Notes: a model not told the origin generated them from the letters alone. DNA of 64,000 nt from Antedon mediterranea (GCF_964355755.1 NC_092678.1:16907881-16971880), one strand, 5' to 3'. Shown: positions 15,501 through 26,976, counted from the stretch's first letter. Translations and numbers: made by a program.

Positions 15501-18143
15501 AGATCGGCCATACAGACCACACCTTCATCGTGTATTGTGACGGACTTGACGCCAGACAGCACAACGTTTTTTGCAATCTCTATACCGAGACCTTTCATTC
15601 CGGATATCAAAACGTCAGACCGACCCATGCGTTTCATGGCGTCATGGCCAAGTACATATCTGTAAAGAAAAAAGAAATAATCTTGAGGAATAAGTAAAAC
15701 TTTGAATTAAGTCAATTTTTCAGAGTAAAATAAAATCTTTTCTAAAAGACTGTTATAAACCGGAGTTGACACTACGCTTTTAAAACATAATTAAAATTCA
15801 AACTAAATTAATTTCGGTCAAATCATCTTGTCTTTTAGTCAAACAAAAAAGTCAACTATAGAGAGTGATATTCATCATGAAATTATTTTTTTTAGAGACG
15901 AAGATACTTGGTTTCATCAGTGATTATAATCACATGTCATACAGTAAAATCTGCGGCTAGAATGTTGTTGAACAGCAATGTTGTGTGCAGATATATTGTA
16001 ACAATATAAATGTAGTTTGGGGATGCAGTAGAACCTTCATTTTACGTACGGTACGGGACCGAAAGGCGTACGTAAAACAAGGGATTCGTAAAATCAAGGT
16101 TGACCTTAAATTGACCCCAAATACGTAGAGATCGTAGTAGTATTTGCCTACTTCTGTACAGTATGCAGGCTGAGCATGGAGGATACCTCCATGGGCTGAG
16201 GTGGTCACTAGCTAGGCCTAGACTATTCAGGCTAGGCTAGCAGGCCTAGCAAGATGTGAGGCCTAACTAGAAAAGTACAGTATATACAGGCTGTGCGATG
16301 TTTAAATAAAGTGTAAAATATAATTGTTTTCTATCAATAAAAACAGTCGCTGCTTTAGGGGGAATGCACGTGCGTAGCTTGTCCCACACACAGCAGAATT
16401 CCTCACACAGCCATGATTGTGGCTTTGTGTGCATGCTTTGTTGTTGTTAAATTGCGCCCTCAATGTAAGAAAATGATGACGTCATCTGTTATTTTAAGCG
16501 TACATAAAATCGAGAGAACGTAAAATCAGGGTACGTAAAACACAGGTTCTACTGTACTACAGTAGGAACCATTTGTGTCTATGTACAAACAAAAGGCTTG
16601 CATTTGACTGTTTTGAAGCAATCTAGCTTTTTGGGTAGGTAGGTCCTACTCGTACTGTCTAAGCAGTACGAATAGATCATTTGTGAGCAGCTTGAGGAGC
16701 TCGTAAAAACTAGTTTGATAAAAAAAGTGTGTGCCCAATTATGGTAGTGATATGGCCTAATAATTATGGTAGAGATATGACATGTCTATATGATATGGGC
16801 ACATCACATTTGTTGTCACAGAGCTGTAGTGTTTCTGTCTGAGCAGTACGAATATATCATTTTTAATCAGCTTGAGGAGCTTGTAAAAACCCGTCGGACG
16901 TGTAAAATGGTGCATCAACATATTTTCCTTGGCACACGAGACGGAACCAGTAAACGTGTTCATGAATATTCATCAGTACAATTAATAAATTCATAATGTT
17001 AAAAAATGTTCTTACAGCTGTCTTGAGTATAGACCTTCATCAATTTCCGTCTGATCCCCATTTTTTGCCATTTCCACCTAATAATAGTAAAAATATGTTA
17101 ACAAAAAAATCTAAACTAATACCATGTGTAAGTAATCCTTATTTGGCCTAATCTACATTGAGTACAGTATTACTTAAAGTTAAGGAAATTTTTTCTAATT
17201 GCTCTTGATGTGTAGTAAAACGATTGATAAAAGCCTTGTCATATAAATGTTATACTTTTAATACTGTACATTTAATACATACAAGCACCTCAATCAAAAA
17301 CTGGTATACTATTATGCCTTTCTTTAAATGTTCTTTTTTTTATCAACTCCGGTAAATAATTGTTCAGTCAGGTGTAACCTTTTGGCTCTCTTTTATAAAT
17401 TATTTTTTGTGTTATTTTACCTCATACACTTTTTAGGTTGTTGTCAAATGAATTTTCTGATCTTATAGACAAATATGAACAATGTATTTAATGTGTTTCT
17501 ATACTTTTGAATCTAATTTATCAATTATTAAATTTGTACAAAAATATTACAAAAAAATGCGACTGCCAATTTATAATATGTTTCTTTCAATGTTGTATAC
17601 GCAAACTCAATCTTGTTTAAAGTAGGGAAATTCATCTTTTATTTTTGACACATTAAAATATTGATTTTTTTAAATAATTTGCAACAACATCAATAGTGTT
17701 TGAAATTATGTGATCGTCTAAACAGATAATTAACCAAACAATACACCATTTTTGTTACGTTTAAAACTATGACATTAATGTGACCAATCATAATAATCAA
17801 ATAGCGCGCAACTATTCTTTCTCCGAGATGTCTCGCGGTTTGCCTAGTTTTAACTTGTGACAAGTTATCATGCAGATGTGGAAAGGGTAAAGTCATTCTA
17901 AAGTTGTCTATATTGTGTTTACATCTATAAAATTTATATTTGAAAATTATTTTACGGCATCCTATAATTGGAAATTTTTCGCTGTTAGATTTGGAACTTT
18001 GGAAGTAATAAAACAAAAGTCGTACTTACACTGGTTGTTGGAAGCGAATTATTTGTGGCGTTGTTGGTATCCACCTCGGTCTGAACTTTCAACTTTTTGC
18101 TAGGGGGCTCGGAGCAGTGTTCTTCAGTAACGCTAGATGACAT
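457..18143 (-). CDS. UBA1: Ubiquitin-activating enzyme E1, 5' part (15 coding exons, ~685 codons; gene continues beyond the left edge)
   Basis: Exons (minus): 18143-18030, 17077-17016, 15659-15491, 15268-15134, 12263-12066, 11880-11797, 11516-11370, 10524-10378, 7051-6875, 6531-6424, 6010-5930, 5102-4947, 2510-2345, 1195-934, 505-457. All are GT-AG and in phase. Motifs: [45 protein letters not shown] (ATP site), [34 protein letters not shown] (catalytic Cys). Confidence 0.97.
934..1195 (-). CDS. UBA1: UBA1 exon with catalytic cysteine (TGC at 1043-1041)
   Basis: [26 protein letters not shown]...[29 protein letters not shown]. Confidence 0.96.
1361..1654. mobile_element. Copy of ~280-350 bp TTAA-flanked MITE family (Kolobok-like)
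   Basis: Degenerate TIR of consensus AGATGTATTGTCCCC; other copies at ~24283-24628, 45072-45354, 49577-49929, 50910-51265 and a partial one at 11620-11790. Confidence 0.55.
2345..2510 (-). CDS. UBA1: UBA1 exon
   Basis: [16 protein letters not shown]...[10 protein letters not shown]. Confidence 0.94.
2695..4348. mobile_element. Kolobok-like MITE (host of a nested insertion)
   Basis: TIR AGACACCTTCCCTAC / GTAGGGAAGGTGTCT in TTAA context. Confidence 0.65.
3256..4286. mobile_element. piggyBac-like non-autonomous element nested in the above
   Basis: TIR CACTTTGACTGCCA / TGGCAGTCAAAGTG; flanks TTAA / TTAT; duplicated right subterminal segment. Confidence 0.65.
4390..4705. repeat. Degenerate ~21-bp tandem repeat (GGTCAGGATTGAACCCTGGCA-like)
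   Basis: ~14 copies; the same unit occurs at 34195-34275 inside the SINE copy. Confidence 0.7.
4947..5102 (-). CDS. UBA1: UBA1 exon (ATP-binding GxGxxG)
   Basis: [12 protein letters not shown]...[22 protein letters not shown]. Confidence 0.95.
5190..5297 (+). mobile_element. Helentron-associated (HINE/DINE-like) terminus
   Basis: AGTCGCGT subterminal repeat, GACC/GACA microsatellite, hairpin AGTCGCGT-CC-ACGCGACT then A run; related copy at 19000-19086; similar architecture at ~2150-2314 (ACTCGGGTACCCCGAGT-AAAAA). Confidence 0.55.
5930..6010 (-). CDS. UBA1: UBA1 exon
   Basis: [27 protein letters not shown]. Confidence 0.92.
6424..6531 (-). CDS. UBA1: UBA1 exon
   Basis: [20 protein letters not shown]...CQP. 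Confidence 0.92.
6590..6790 (+). mobile_element. tRNA(Gly-TCC)-like SINE family copy
   Basis: GAGTAATGGAGCTGTAGCTTGGTAGTTAA...CTTCCAA...GGTTCCATCCTGACC; homologs at 53768-53930 (+) and ~34185-34320 (-). Confidence 0.55.
6875..7051 (-). CDS. UBA1: UBA1 exon
   Basis: [14 protein letters not shown]...[20 protein letters not shown]. Confidence 0.92.
7138..8328. mobile_element. hAT-like non-autonomous element
   Basis: TIR CAGGGATGTCACCA / TGGTGACATCCCTG; flanking direct repeat TGTACC (6 bp). Confidence 0.75.
8492..10207. mobile_element. PIF/Harbinger-type MITE
   Basis: 30-bp TIR GGCGTCATCTACAAATTATTTCAGACCACA; TSD TTA; subterminal AGACGCGTCT repeats. Confidence 0.85.
10378..10524 (-). CDS. UBA1: UBA1 exon
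   Basis: [34 protein letters not shown]...PRPRNK. Confidence 0.92.
11131..11250 (+). repeat. Headless copy of the body of the 5S-derived SINE-like element
   Basis: TAGTATCTGCCTCAGACGTATTGGCT...AAGGTGGG...GAAGCCCTTGATC...AAGGTGCTTTAAA matches reverse complement of 39181-39292. Confidence 0.6.
11370..11516 (-). CDS. UBA1: UBA1 exon
   Basis: [26 protein letters not shown]...[10 protein letters not shown]. Confidence 0.93.
11797..11880 (-). CDS. UBA1: UBA1 exon
   Basis: [28 protein letters not shown]. Confidence 0.92.
12066..12263 (-). CDS. UBA1: UBA1 exon
   Basis: VVVLTN...[15 protein letters not shown]...VTK. Confidence 0.93.
13158..14874. mobile_element. PIF/Harbinger-type MITE
   Basis: ~38-bp TIR GGGGCCGTCCAAAAACTAATTTTCCGCGAGTTCCGCGA; TSD TAA. 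Confidence 0.85.
15134..15268 (-). CDS. UBA1: UBA1 exon
   Basis: [27 protein letters not shown]...NFQ. Confidence 0.93.
15491..15659 (-). CDS. UBA1: UBA1 exon
   Basis: [31 protein letters not shown]...DLSSQ. Confidence 0.95.
16026..16554. mobile_element. Tc1/mariner (pogo/Tigger-like) MITE
   Basis: TIR CAGTAGAACCT...TTTTACGTAC / GTACGTAAAA...AGGTTCTACTG; TA on the right, TG on the left. Confidence 0.7.
17016..17077 (-). CDS. UBA1: UBA1 exon with second start Met41
   Basis: [21 protein letters not shown]; ttag acceptor, gtaag donor. Confidence 0.93.
18030..18143 (-). CDS. UBA1: UBA1 first coding exon (Met1, NLS-like PPSKKLKV)
   Basis: ttcag|ATG acceptor; [20 protein letters not shown]...TTS; gtaagt donor. 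Confidence 0.85.
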
Positions 18144-18879
18144 CTGAATAACATGACAAAGAAATTGCTTAGTCATTAGTGACGGTTTGTAATGGGCTAA
18201 AAATAACCATGACAACAAGGAGTAATTACCATGGTGAAACCAATCAGTTGGCTACACTAGCACAATGACATATATTGGTTTCTTAATTCAACTAAGGGTC
18301 TGTTCAGACCTGGGTTTAGTTGTATACAGATAATAAGATAAGTTTGCAACTGTGTTCTCCTGACGCAAGTCTTTACCAAAAAAGATTTGCTGGATTAGAT
18401 TGGCTCAAACCGGTATTAAAAATGGTTTTATATGAAACATACAATTACACATTTTGTTGTATAGTGGTTGTACAGTACAGGTTACAGTACAGCAGGCCTA
18501 GCCATTAAAAACACGATCACCAAAAGTTACATTTTGTCAATTCAATAGACAAAATACAATATTATTTGACATTTTTGTATTTAGTAGCAAGTTTTCAATA
18601 ATTCGTTACATAGCTTATAATTGTTTGAAATTCTGAATGAGCATCAGTGTTTTCCAACATTCTGAACGTAAGGAAATGATAGCTCATTGTCCTAAGTCTG
18701 GCATTATGTGGTAGTGTTGCCAGTTTCTTTGCACGTTGCTTTATCCTCCTAGTATTTTCAACTAGGTAGGCCTACTTGGATACTCTTTACAGCTGATAGT
18801 TTAACAAAAGTAACAGAACATTAATTAACCATGTCAAACGTATTAGTGACAGTGAAACGTTTATTTTACGTTTAACCAA

Positions 18880-19086
18880 AACTACCAAGGGTTATTCATG
18901 AACTTATTATGTTAATATGCAAATTTAATGCAAAAAATATATAACATTTCAGGAAGATCTTAGTTCCTCCAAACCAATTGAAAAAATGCCATACATTGCT
19001 TCAGTCGCGGGCTCAAGTTAGCGTTTACCGACCAACCGACCGACCAATATAGTGAGCTGTAGAGTCACGTTGCACGCGACTAAAAA
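18880..19086 (+). mobile_element. HINE/DINE-like element copy
   Basis: CCGA microsatellite then TAGAGTCACGTTGCACGCGACTAAAAA; left boundary approximate. Confidence 0.5.
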
Positions 19087-21660
19087 TCTGTAAACTAGAT
19101 CTGTATCATAATGATATATTATACTGTAGTACCACCTTTACACTTAGTTAGTACAATTCAAAATTAGTACAATTCAAAATTAGTTCAATTTTGAAAACAT
19201 TTAATAGACAATTACCTGGCAGTGGCATACAGTAAATATCTTTTGGAAACAAAATTAGCCAATTAATATACAGATGAGAATCTTGTGGCGGGATTTCCAT
19301 TACAAATTAATTACAAGATACAAGATAACTTTAATTCAAACAGTTCGTCAACGAAAGATTTGAAATTGGTTTTTCTCATGGCAACTTAATATAAAAATAG
19401 AATGAAATCAGTAAAATGTTAAAACACAAAGAAAAATACACAGAACAATAAAATATGTACAGAGGATAAACGCAATCAGGCGTTCCCAGGTGTTTTACTA
19501 TTTGTGTTTGTCATTGTATCTAAATATGCATTGTGGGACAAACGACAGTCGGTACCGTGCTGTCCATAACCTTGATGGTACTCTCACTCCCAGTACGATT
19601 AAACATGAAGGATGTACGGAGTGGATGAGTATCATCGTTCATAAATGCAATTCTTAAAAATAGATATGATGCTTAATACAGTAGTGATCATCGTGTTCAT
19701 AGGGCACATTTTTTTTGTCACATAATAAAGTTTGCTAGTGTAGACAGAGCATTATAGGTTATACGTACATCAATCTGAATAACAGCAAGATGCTTTCAAG
19801 ATCAGTATAAAATGAATAGGGAGTACATTAAAAGAAACCGATAGATATACAGTACAAAAAGTGTACAAAGCCCAAAGTATTCTTTCTATTAAATTCAGAA
19901 AAAGGAAGTTGTGGTCACACACAGCAAACAAGATTGGAAACAAAAAAATTACCGTACTGACGCAAGTATAAGCCCACCCCCCTTGAACATGAAATCACGT
20001 CAAGCTTGGGGGTGGGCTTATACCCGAGGATCCAAAAATGCAGATCGTCAAAAACAGCACATGTACAGTACACTGTGTATTCCACCATGCGAGCGAGCGC
20101 CCTCACGTGTACGACGTTGCCTCTAAATACACAAGGTGTAGGGTGTCGAAAATTAAGCTTATAGGCTAGTTCGTGTAATTTATCGTAGAATAGGGAGGTT
20201 TCGCAACCTTACGAATACGATAACGAAAACGGATACGTCATACATTTGTGAAACTTTTGAGCTGATCCCCATTTCATATTCGTAAAGCGTATTCGTGTTG
20301 ACGAATATCACGGTAGTACGGTAATAATTCAAAATCCTTTGTACTTTTAGTCACAAAGAAATGCAAAGTGTGTGGATAAGGATCAGTGTCCTCAATTACA
20401 TTATTGGGTGTCTGTGCATAATGATTTTAGCATCCTCTTTACAGATTAAATGTAGTCCGAAATAGGCAGATTTGTAATAATTTTAATACTGGGCTTGTTC
20501 AGAAACAAACAGGTACGGTAGTACTGTACTGTATGATTTTGTATTCACCATGGCATACAACCCTCTAGTGTACAGTCTGTTCAAACTAAGAAAAGATACA
20601 CTAGGTGATACTGATAGATACCTCTTACGACACTGAACTTTCATTCGCTACGAATGCTGAAAGAAGGTAAGTGCACGACGTTTAGAATATGTCATGCATC
20701 AATGATTTTGACCTACAACAAATTAGAGTTACTATCACAACCAGGCATTTTCCCGAATCTGCAACACTACAGTTTGCAGCGAGTAATTTAGAGTCCAACA
20801 CTTTACTTGTGTACAGTACAATGCCAGTGACGATGTTTACTATGAAAGCATAACACCATACAGTGTCTAAAACCAGTCTAAAATAATAATTACTAATCAA
20901 TGACCTCATACTAGCCACATGATATCAGGACACTGTCTAAGTGGAAATATTGAGTCACACAGTATCACTTCCCAAATTAGTTGTTCCCCATGTTGCTTGC
21001 CTGCTTCCCAAGATACTTTACTTGAAAATCACCTGATATTTTTAAATTAACGTTCCGCAAACATTTTTTTAAGATCCAGATGGTATTTTCCTACATTCGA
21101 TAATCTAAATAGGTTCTGAAATAGTGGACCCCCAAATACTTAATGGACTCTACTACCCATTTATGTTGAACAAGGTATGTTTCTCCACACACACGAGGGC
21201 GCAATTGCTATTTTTTGCTGTTGTTTACTAAGAAAATAATGGATTTCATTACTTTATTAAATCTAACATCCGACTTGTTATGAACAGGATATAAAGAACT
21301 CTAAAGAAAGAACATACAGTGCTTACACCACCCAGCTGAAACACAACTTTACAGAATGAGGTTAGCTACTAACATATAACTGTTAGTGTTACTTCAACAA
21401 TTTTAATAATATTGTCCAGATGAAAGGAAATGATTATCAATTATTTATATTAAAAAACATTTTAATCTCATCATGCAATATAGTATGTACTGTACTCCAT
21501 GGCATCTTCAACGGAAACAAACTCAATTTCCTATTATTTCAATAATTTCAACCATCTGCCATTTCTATCTTGAAATACGAAAAAATTATTGAAGAGCAAA
21601 GACAAAACTTTACAGAAAATTATTCTTTCAAGCAAAACAGCTTTCGGCATGTTTTACCCA

Positions 21661-21921
21661 AGGGTCAATCCATACCAATTCAACAAATGGGATGGCTGGG
21701 TACCATCTTAGATTCCTTGAAACTAGCATAATATGCAACTACATAATGTCTCACGAACACACGAATCAAAATGCCACAGACAACACATTCCAAATGGGAA
21801 ATTTGTGGTTTGTTCGTGAGACGTATAGTTATATTAGCATATTATACGTGAATTTCAAGGAAATCTGAGATGGTATACCCAGCCATGATTTTCATAAAAT
21901 TTGTTGGCATGGAATGATCCT
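21661..21921. mobile_element. Short MITE with long imperfect inverted arms
   Basis: AGGGTCAATCCATACCAA / TTGGCATGGAATGATCCT; internal GGCTGGGTACCATCT / AGATGGTATACCCAGCC. Confidence 0.55.
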
Positions 21922-22269
21922 AACATTTGTATCATAACCACCCTGTATGTTAATAAAACTATACCACACAGTGACACAAGCTAAGGTCAAATTTGCTTTT
22001 GCAAAACTGGCGAAAGGTCGCTGATCTGTCTGCCAAATTGTAAATTCTTTAGCACATTATTACAATTTTTAAAAAACCATGAAAATGGCAACCTTCTTCG
22101 GTTAATCATACGTGTAGGTGTTTTATATTTTATTCATTTAAAATTTATGATTAAAATAAAATATAAAACATGGGCCCATGCAAGAATTTTCTAACATTGT
22201 CTAAGTAGTAGACACAGTCTGTACTATTGTATTTGTATTTTGTATTAATATTTGTCCTCAGTGAGGAAA

Positions 22270-22440
22270 TTAGGATTAGGCCCTCCACGGACCCACGGCA
22301 GCCAGCAGTGCAGCGCCTACCAGATTAGGCAATGAGAGTAAAGCATCTTGCCTAAGGATGCAATTAGTATGGTACAGATAACCTCGAACCCATGCCTATC
22401 ACATGCTAGTCCGATATTACCATTACACCATCACTCTCCA
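22270..22440 (-). mobile_element. tRNA-derived SINE-like segment directly behind the 5S head
   Basis: A box TGGTGTAATGG (22430-22420), B box GGTTCGAGG (22390-22382), then TGCATCCTTAGGCAAGATGCTTTACT resembling SINE CORE-type domains. Confidence 0.55.
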
Positions 22441-22444
22441 GTAT

Positions 22445-22556
22445 ATACAGCACCCCCCACGATTTCTAGACGGTCTCCCATCCAGAACGCAACCGGGCCC
22501 AACGTTGCTTAACTTCGGTGATCTGACGAGAACCGGTGTTACTCTGTGTAGTAGAC
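22445..22556 (-). pseudogene. 5S rRNA-derived sequence (pseudogene or SINE3-type head)
   Basis: AACACCGGTTCTCGTCAGATCACCGAAGTTAAGCAACGTTGGGCCCGGTT...GGATGGGAGACCG matches the animal 5S core; 5' end shortened; no T-run terminator. Confidence 0.75.
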
Positions 22557-23509
22557 ACTTGTGATTGGCGTCAGGCCTATCTGTACATGTGCATACTGTA
22601 GGCGAATTTCTCATCCGACCTGGTCCTGGACCAGTTTGTACTTTGTTGTTTTGCCATCAAAGAATCAAATAAAACAAAATAATAAATACATATTTTACTT
22701 TAATTTATAAATTCAGGTAAAAGTTCACTGGGAATTATTAAGATTTTGTGAAAAATTAAATTAGGCTTTAGGCCATACAAAATATAACATTTTTCTTCTG
22801 TCTAGTCTACTGTGTAGATCATCTGCAATAAATATTGAATTGAATAACATTTGATAAAATGTATTTTGCAATGAATTCTTCTTGTTGGCTCATTAAATGA
22901 GGCATGGTGGTTGAAAAGTTATTTAAACTTTGATTGAACAAAGGAATTTGTATTCATTTGTAAGGCTTTATTTTATCAAAAAAAAACCAGAACATAATAC
23001 ACAACAATGGTCGATATTCATTCAGAACTAATTATAAGGCTATAACAACTGGGTAACTAACAATTTTTAAGAAATTAAAAGTCACCGGCGAAAAAAACGA
23101 ATGGTGGACGCATTCCATCCCAGCAGCAAAGAAAGGGCAAGGCCTGACATTTTGCATGACGTATTTTTCAGATTTCATTGCATTATTTAAAACTTCTTAC
23201 CATATTTTATCCACAATCTTTGCATTAAAATCAGTCTTGATCATGTTATGCTACAAAATTGTTGAAATGAGAAGAATATTTTTACTAATATTAGGTTAAA
23301 TCATAGCAGAACTTGAGACAGTTTTCTGTGATTCACGTCTGCTCTCTATCATACAAAACCGTTCCACGAGAGGCAGCAAGCACAGACCGCACACATGTGA
23401 AGCCCTCTCTCGATTTCCGCGAGGGCTTTGTACTTTTAGCGACCCATTCTGCACAATATCTATACAAATAATAACAATTTAAACCAATAATATCTAAAAA
23501 TAATCTTAC

Positions 23510-23660
23510 CAAAACTACTTAAAAAATATGGCACATTTACACTAAATTCCACAATGGAATTTAGCTGCTCGCCAGGTAATAATGATACAAAAAATTCAAT
23601 GTTTCCGTCGCTATGTATGTCGCTTTACGGGCAGTCCGTCCGTTGACTACTTTTTTACCT
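23510..23660 (-). other. UBA1: Probable non-coding first exon of UBA1
   Basis: Donor TTG|GTAAGA at 23510/23509; CpG-richer patch 23570-23800; the first coding exon begins directly at an acceptor, so an upstream UTR exon is required. 5' end approximate. Confidence 0.5.
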
Positions 23661-24282
23661 GTGAGACCCGGAAGGAGATTGCATGATTATTGAATTTTAA
23701 TATTTCAAACAAAAAAAAATTGCCAGAAAGAATGCTATTAGCAGAATATTATAATTATGATCGGGGCGGCGGCGGAAGAGGAGAGCGCGCGACGACGAGA
23801 GGAGAGTAACACATAATAAATATAATTATCAATAAATGTATTTACTAACTTTTAATATTAAGTGAAATGTTTCAAATTGAAAAATTATTTATTAAAATTT
23901 GAAAATATATATTTATTACATACAATCCGATTATTATTTAATATTGATATATCCTATAAAATTATTATTTAGAACTTGGAATAATCATGGGAATACAGTA
24001 ATTGATATCGTGCGTGTCTAAATTATAGAGGGCGCTATGGCATTTCAAAATTACATCAATTCATAGAGGGCGCAATTAAGAATAGAAATAATGACATAAG
24101 TTTTACCCAATATTTGCATGCATTTATTATAACATTTTTTACTAGTATATCTTTTGTTTATTTGTTATTTAATTGTTTAAGAATGCATGTTTATCAAAAA
24201 ACTGGGTAGATTGTACTGTAATTAGTTAATTAGTAGGATCGGAAAGGATATCGGGAGAGTTATAAGAGGTCACAGTAACATA

Positions 24283-24628
24283 AAAGATGTGTTGTCCTCC
24301 CCTGAAATAATATTTTTTTCAATTTTTTTTCGAATATGCCATTTTAATGTCACGTAATAGTTATCCACTTTGAACAAAGTTTAAATTGAAAAACAATGTA
24401 TTTACCTAAAAAAAAATTAATTTAAAGCAAAATATAGATTGGCTGCCAGCCAATGGGTTTTTGGTTGAATTTGACCATTTATTTTGTCATTTTATATAAG
24501 AAAACATACTTTTTTCTTCTTTTTTTTACGGAAGGGATTAACTTTATTAGATTACAAAATAACCTATTTAAATTCTGATTTAATTATTAACCTTTATTTT
24601 TCCTGTTTTTGGGGGACAATACATCTTA
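24283..24628. mobile_element. TTAA-type MITE family copy
   Basis: AGATGTGTTGTCC...GGGGACAATACATCT; shared internal GCTGCCAGCCAATGGGTTTTTGGTTGAATTT. Confidence 0.6.
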
Positions 24629-25473
24629 AATAAACATTTTAATATATTAATACAAATATAACTTAGGCCCCACATTGTGTTTATTTAAATTGTTGAAAGT
24701 ACAGTTTATTCTTGATATTCAGTTGTATTTGTATAGTTAACAGTATACAAGGACTGAAATTAAAACACGTTTTTGTGCAAAATATAAATAAGTAAAGTAG
24801 ACTAGGCTATGAATGAGGTAGGTGCCACCCGGAGAGGTAGAAATTCTCATATGACTTTTCTAGACCAGTTTTTTCTGGGGAATCCAAATATATTGGGTAA
24901 ACGAGCTGTAACCTGAGAACTTTCGCGTGAGGGCGCTTTTTTTCAAAATGGCTGCCAGTTACAATAGACTATGATATCTTGGCAACCACTGGTCATAGAG
25001 AGGTGATTTTGGTGTCAAATTATTCGGAATGTACATGTTCCTATTTGATGTAATAGAACATTTTGTCAGAAAATGGCCGGAAATATCTCTATTGACCTTT
25101 GACCTAATATCTAACAGATATCATATCTCCGTAACTACTCGACACAGAAAGTTGTAATTGGTGTCAAACTCTCCAGAATATAGATGTTTATATTCAGACT
25201 AATAGAACATTATCTGTAAAAATGACCGGAAATAACGTTACTGACCTTTGACCCAAAATGCAAGAAATTTCTCCCATCTGATCACGTTAATTTTGTCAAT
25301 TAATTCATTTTGTGCCAATTGGAGGTTGACATTCTCATATTATTTTCTGGACCAGTTTTTCATGTGCAATCCGAATATATGAGATAAATAAGCCATAACA
25401 AGGCCAATAATTTAATTCTTTTACTATATACTGTACATGCTTCCCTTTAGTGTTTCAGACTGTATGTCGTGTA

Positions 25474-26950
25474 TTAATCTTCAAGATCGCTCACATCACT
25501 GCAATCTGAAAATTCTTCATATTCATTATGTGTAAACAGTTCCTGGACATCAGTGAGAATCACTGTCTCAATCCATTTAGGCTCCATTTGTTCGTTCCAT
25601 CCATTGTGTGTACTGTTGTTGACAAAATCATTGACATCTGCTGATTGCCATTCTTTAGTAATGAAGTGTGCTCTAGGTATATGAAACTCAAGGGTCTGCT
25701 GACATAGTGGCAGTAATTATATATCTGTAATCTTGTTGTGTCTGGAAAACTTTCTGTTGAAGATATCATATCTTGCTTGATTTACACTTTTCCCCTTAAC
25801 TCCATACAATAGTGAAACATACTCTTAAAATTCCTCATACAACTCTTTTGATGGAACATCTGACACTCCAAGGTTGCAGAATGTGTCAACAAATTTTGCT
25901 TTTGATTCCAGAAGCTTCCAGCAGGTACGTTTTCCTTTCCGAAAGAAAGCGGAGTTATAATCGTTACCTGTGAAAGCATGGAATCCAATAAGGGATGATT
26001 TCTGCGCTTTTGTTAAATCAATGTCACTCAATTTCAGTACCTTTCGGTATTTCCCAGTGTTTGTATCAATAATTACCCTCTGCCCATCATCTATGAAATG
26101 AGATAGTGCAATGACTGGAATATCAATGTCTCCAGAATGGGAACGAATTATTGCTACGCCTTGATTGTTATTTGTTAAAGCATGCTTTGCATGCAGGATG
26201 ACTTTCGTGTAGGCTTCTTCTTCCGGCTACTATTAAGCTCCGGAACCAATACAACATCTCAGTTAGTAACGTAGATGTATTCTTTGTACGATGAAAAGTA
26301 GATAACATCACTCCTCATATCTGTTAGAATGCTTTCTTTCTTTGACACTAGTACACAGCGAATAAGCTCAATCAATCTGGTCTTGTTCTCGCCGTTGGCA
26401 AGGAAATTGTTGAAATCACGGGCCAACTTTGATATTGTTGAGCTTACAATTGCTTTTGGTGCAATACCGCGTATGTTTCTCTCAACAGACTTAATGCTTT
26501 TTGGCAGGTATGCATCGGTAACAATATCAACTCGCTTGTATCCTTTAGGGATGCTGTTGAAAACCTTTGCTACAAGATCCTCGTACGCACGCATCAGGGT
26601 AAGATGTAAATGTTCTGATTAATGCCATCAAGTCAACAACATAGGCAATGACAGTAGCCTTTGCTGGCAGTGCCCGACCAGGATCTATAACATCAGTTGA
26701 AATTTCGATGAGAATTTCCATTAGGACACTTTTCTGAGTTGTTCGTCTTGTCCCATCTGCATTAGCAAGGCTTAACGGGACAGGGGTAAGTGGATACTCA
26801 AAGGCTTTCTTAAAGTCAATTATTCTACCATGCTTTGTTGAGGTGGCAAGAAGCTTTCCTAAAACATCCCGATTAGCTTATATTACTCTTACTTTCCCAT
26901 TTTCCTTGATTTCGAGTTTCTTCCCACTATTTGAAAATAAAGTGAGATGA
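25474..26950 (-). pseudogene. Frameshifted 3' fragment of transposon-encoded XPG/PIN-like nuclease protein (left arm plus spacer)
   Basis: YPLTPVPLSLANADG, RVDIVTDAYLPKSIKSVERNIRG, FLANGENKTRLI, SGDIDIPV, LIGFHAFTGNDYNSAFFRKGK, acidic tail; several stops and frameshifts. Confidence 0.75.
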
Positions 26951-26976
26951 TGTTATGGATCCTGGTCGAGCACTGC

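Noticed and set aside
20190-21180. Possible antisense nested gene or decayed transposase in the UBA1 intron (plus-strand donor-like sites near 20512, 20666 and 21174)
   Set aside because: No continuous reading frame or recognisable motif; only one TIR-like end (TAGGGAGGTTTCGC) is visible
22445-22556. Functional 5S rRNA gene
   Set aside because: 5' end is shortened, terminal stem does not pair, and there is no T-run terminator
23363-24075. CTCF sites (CCACGAGAGGCAGC; TAGAGGGCGC twice)
   Set aside because: Partial matches only; cannot be supported without PWM scoring or ChIP data
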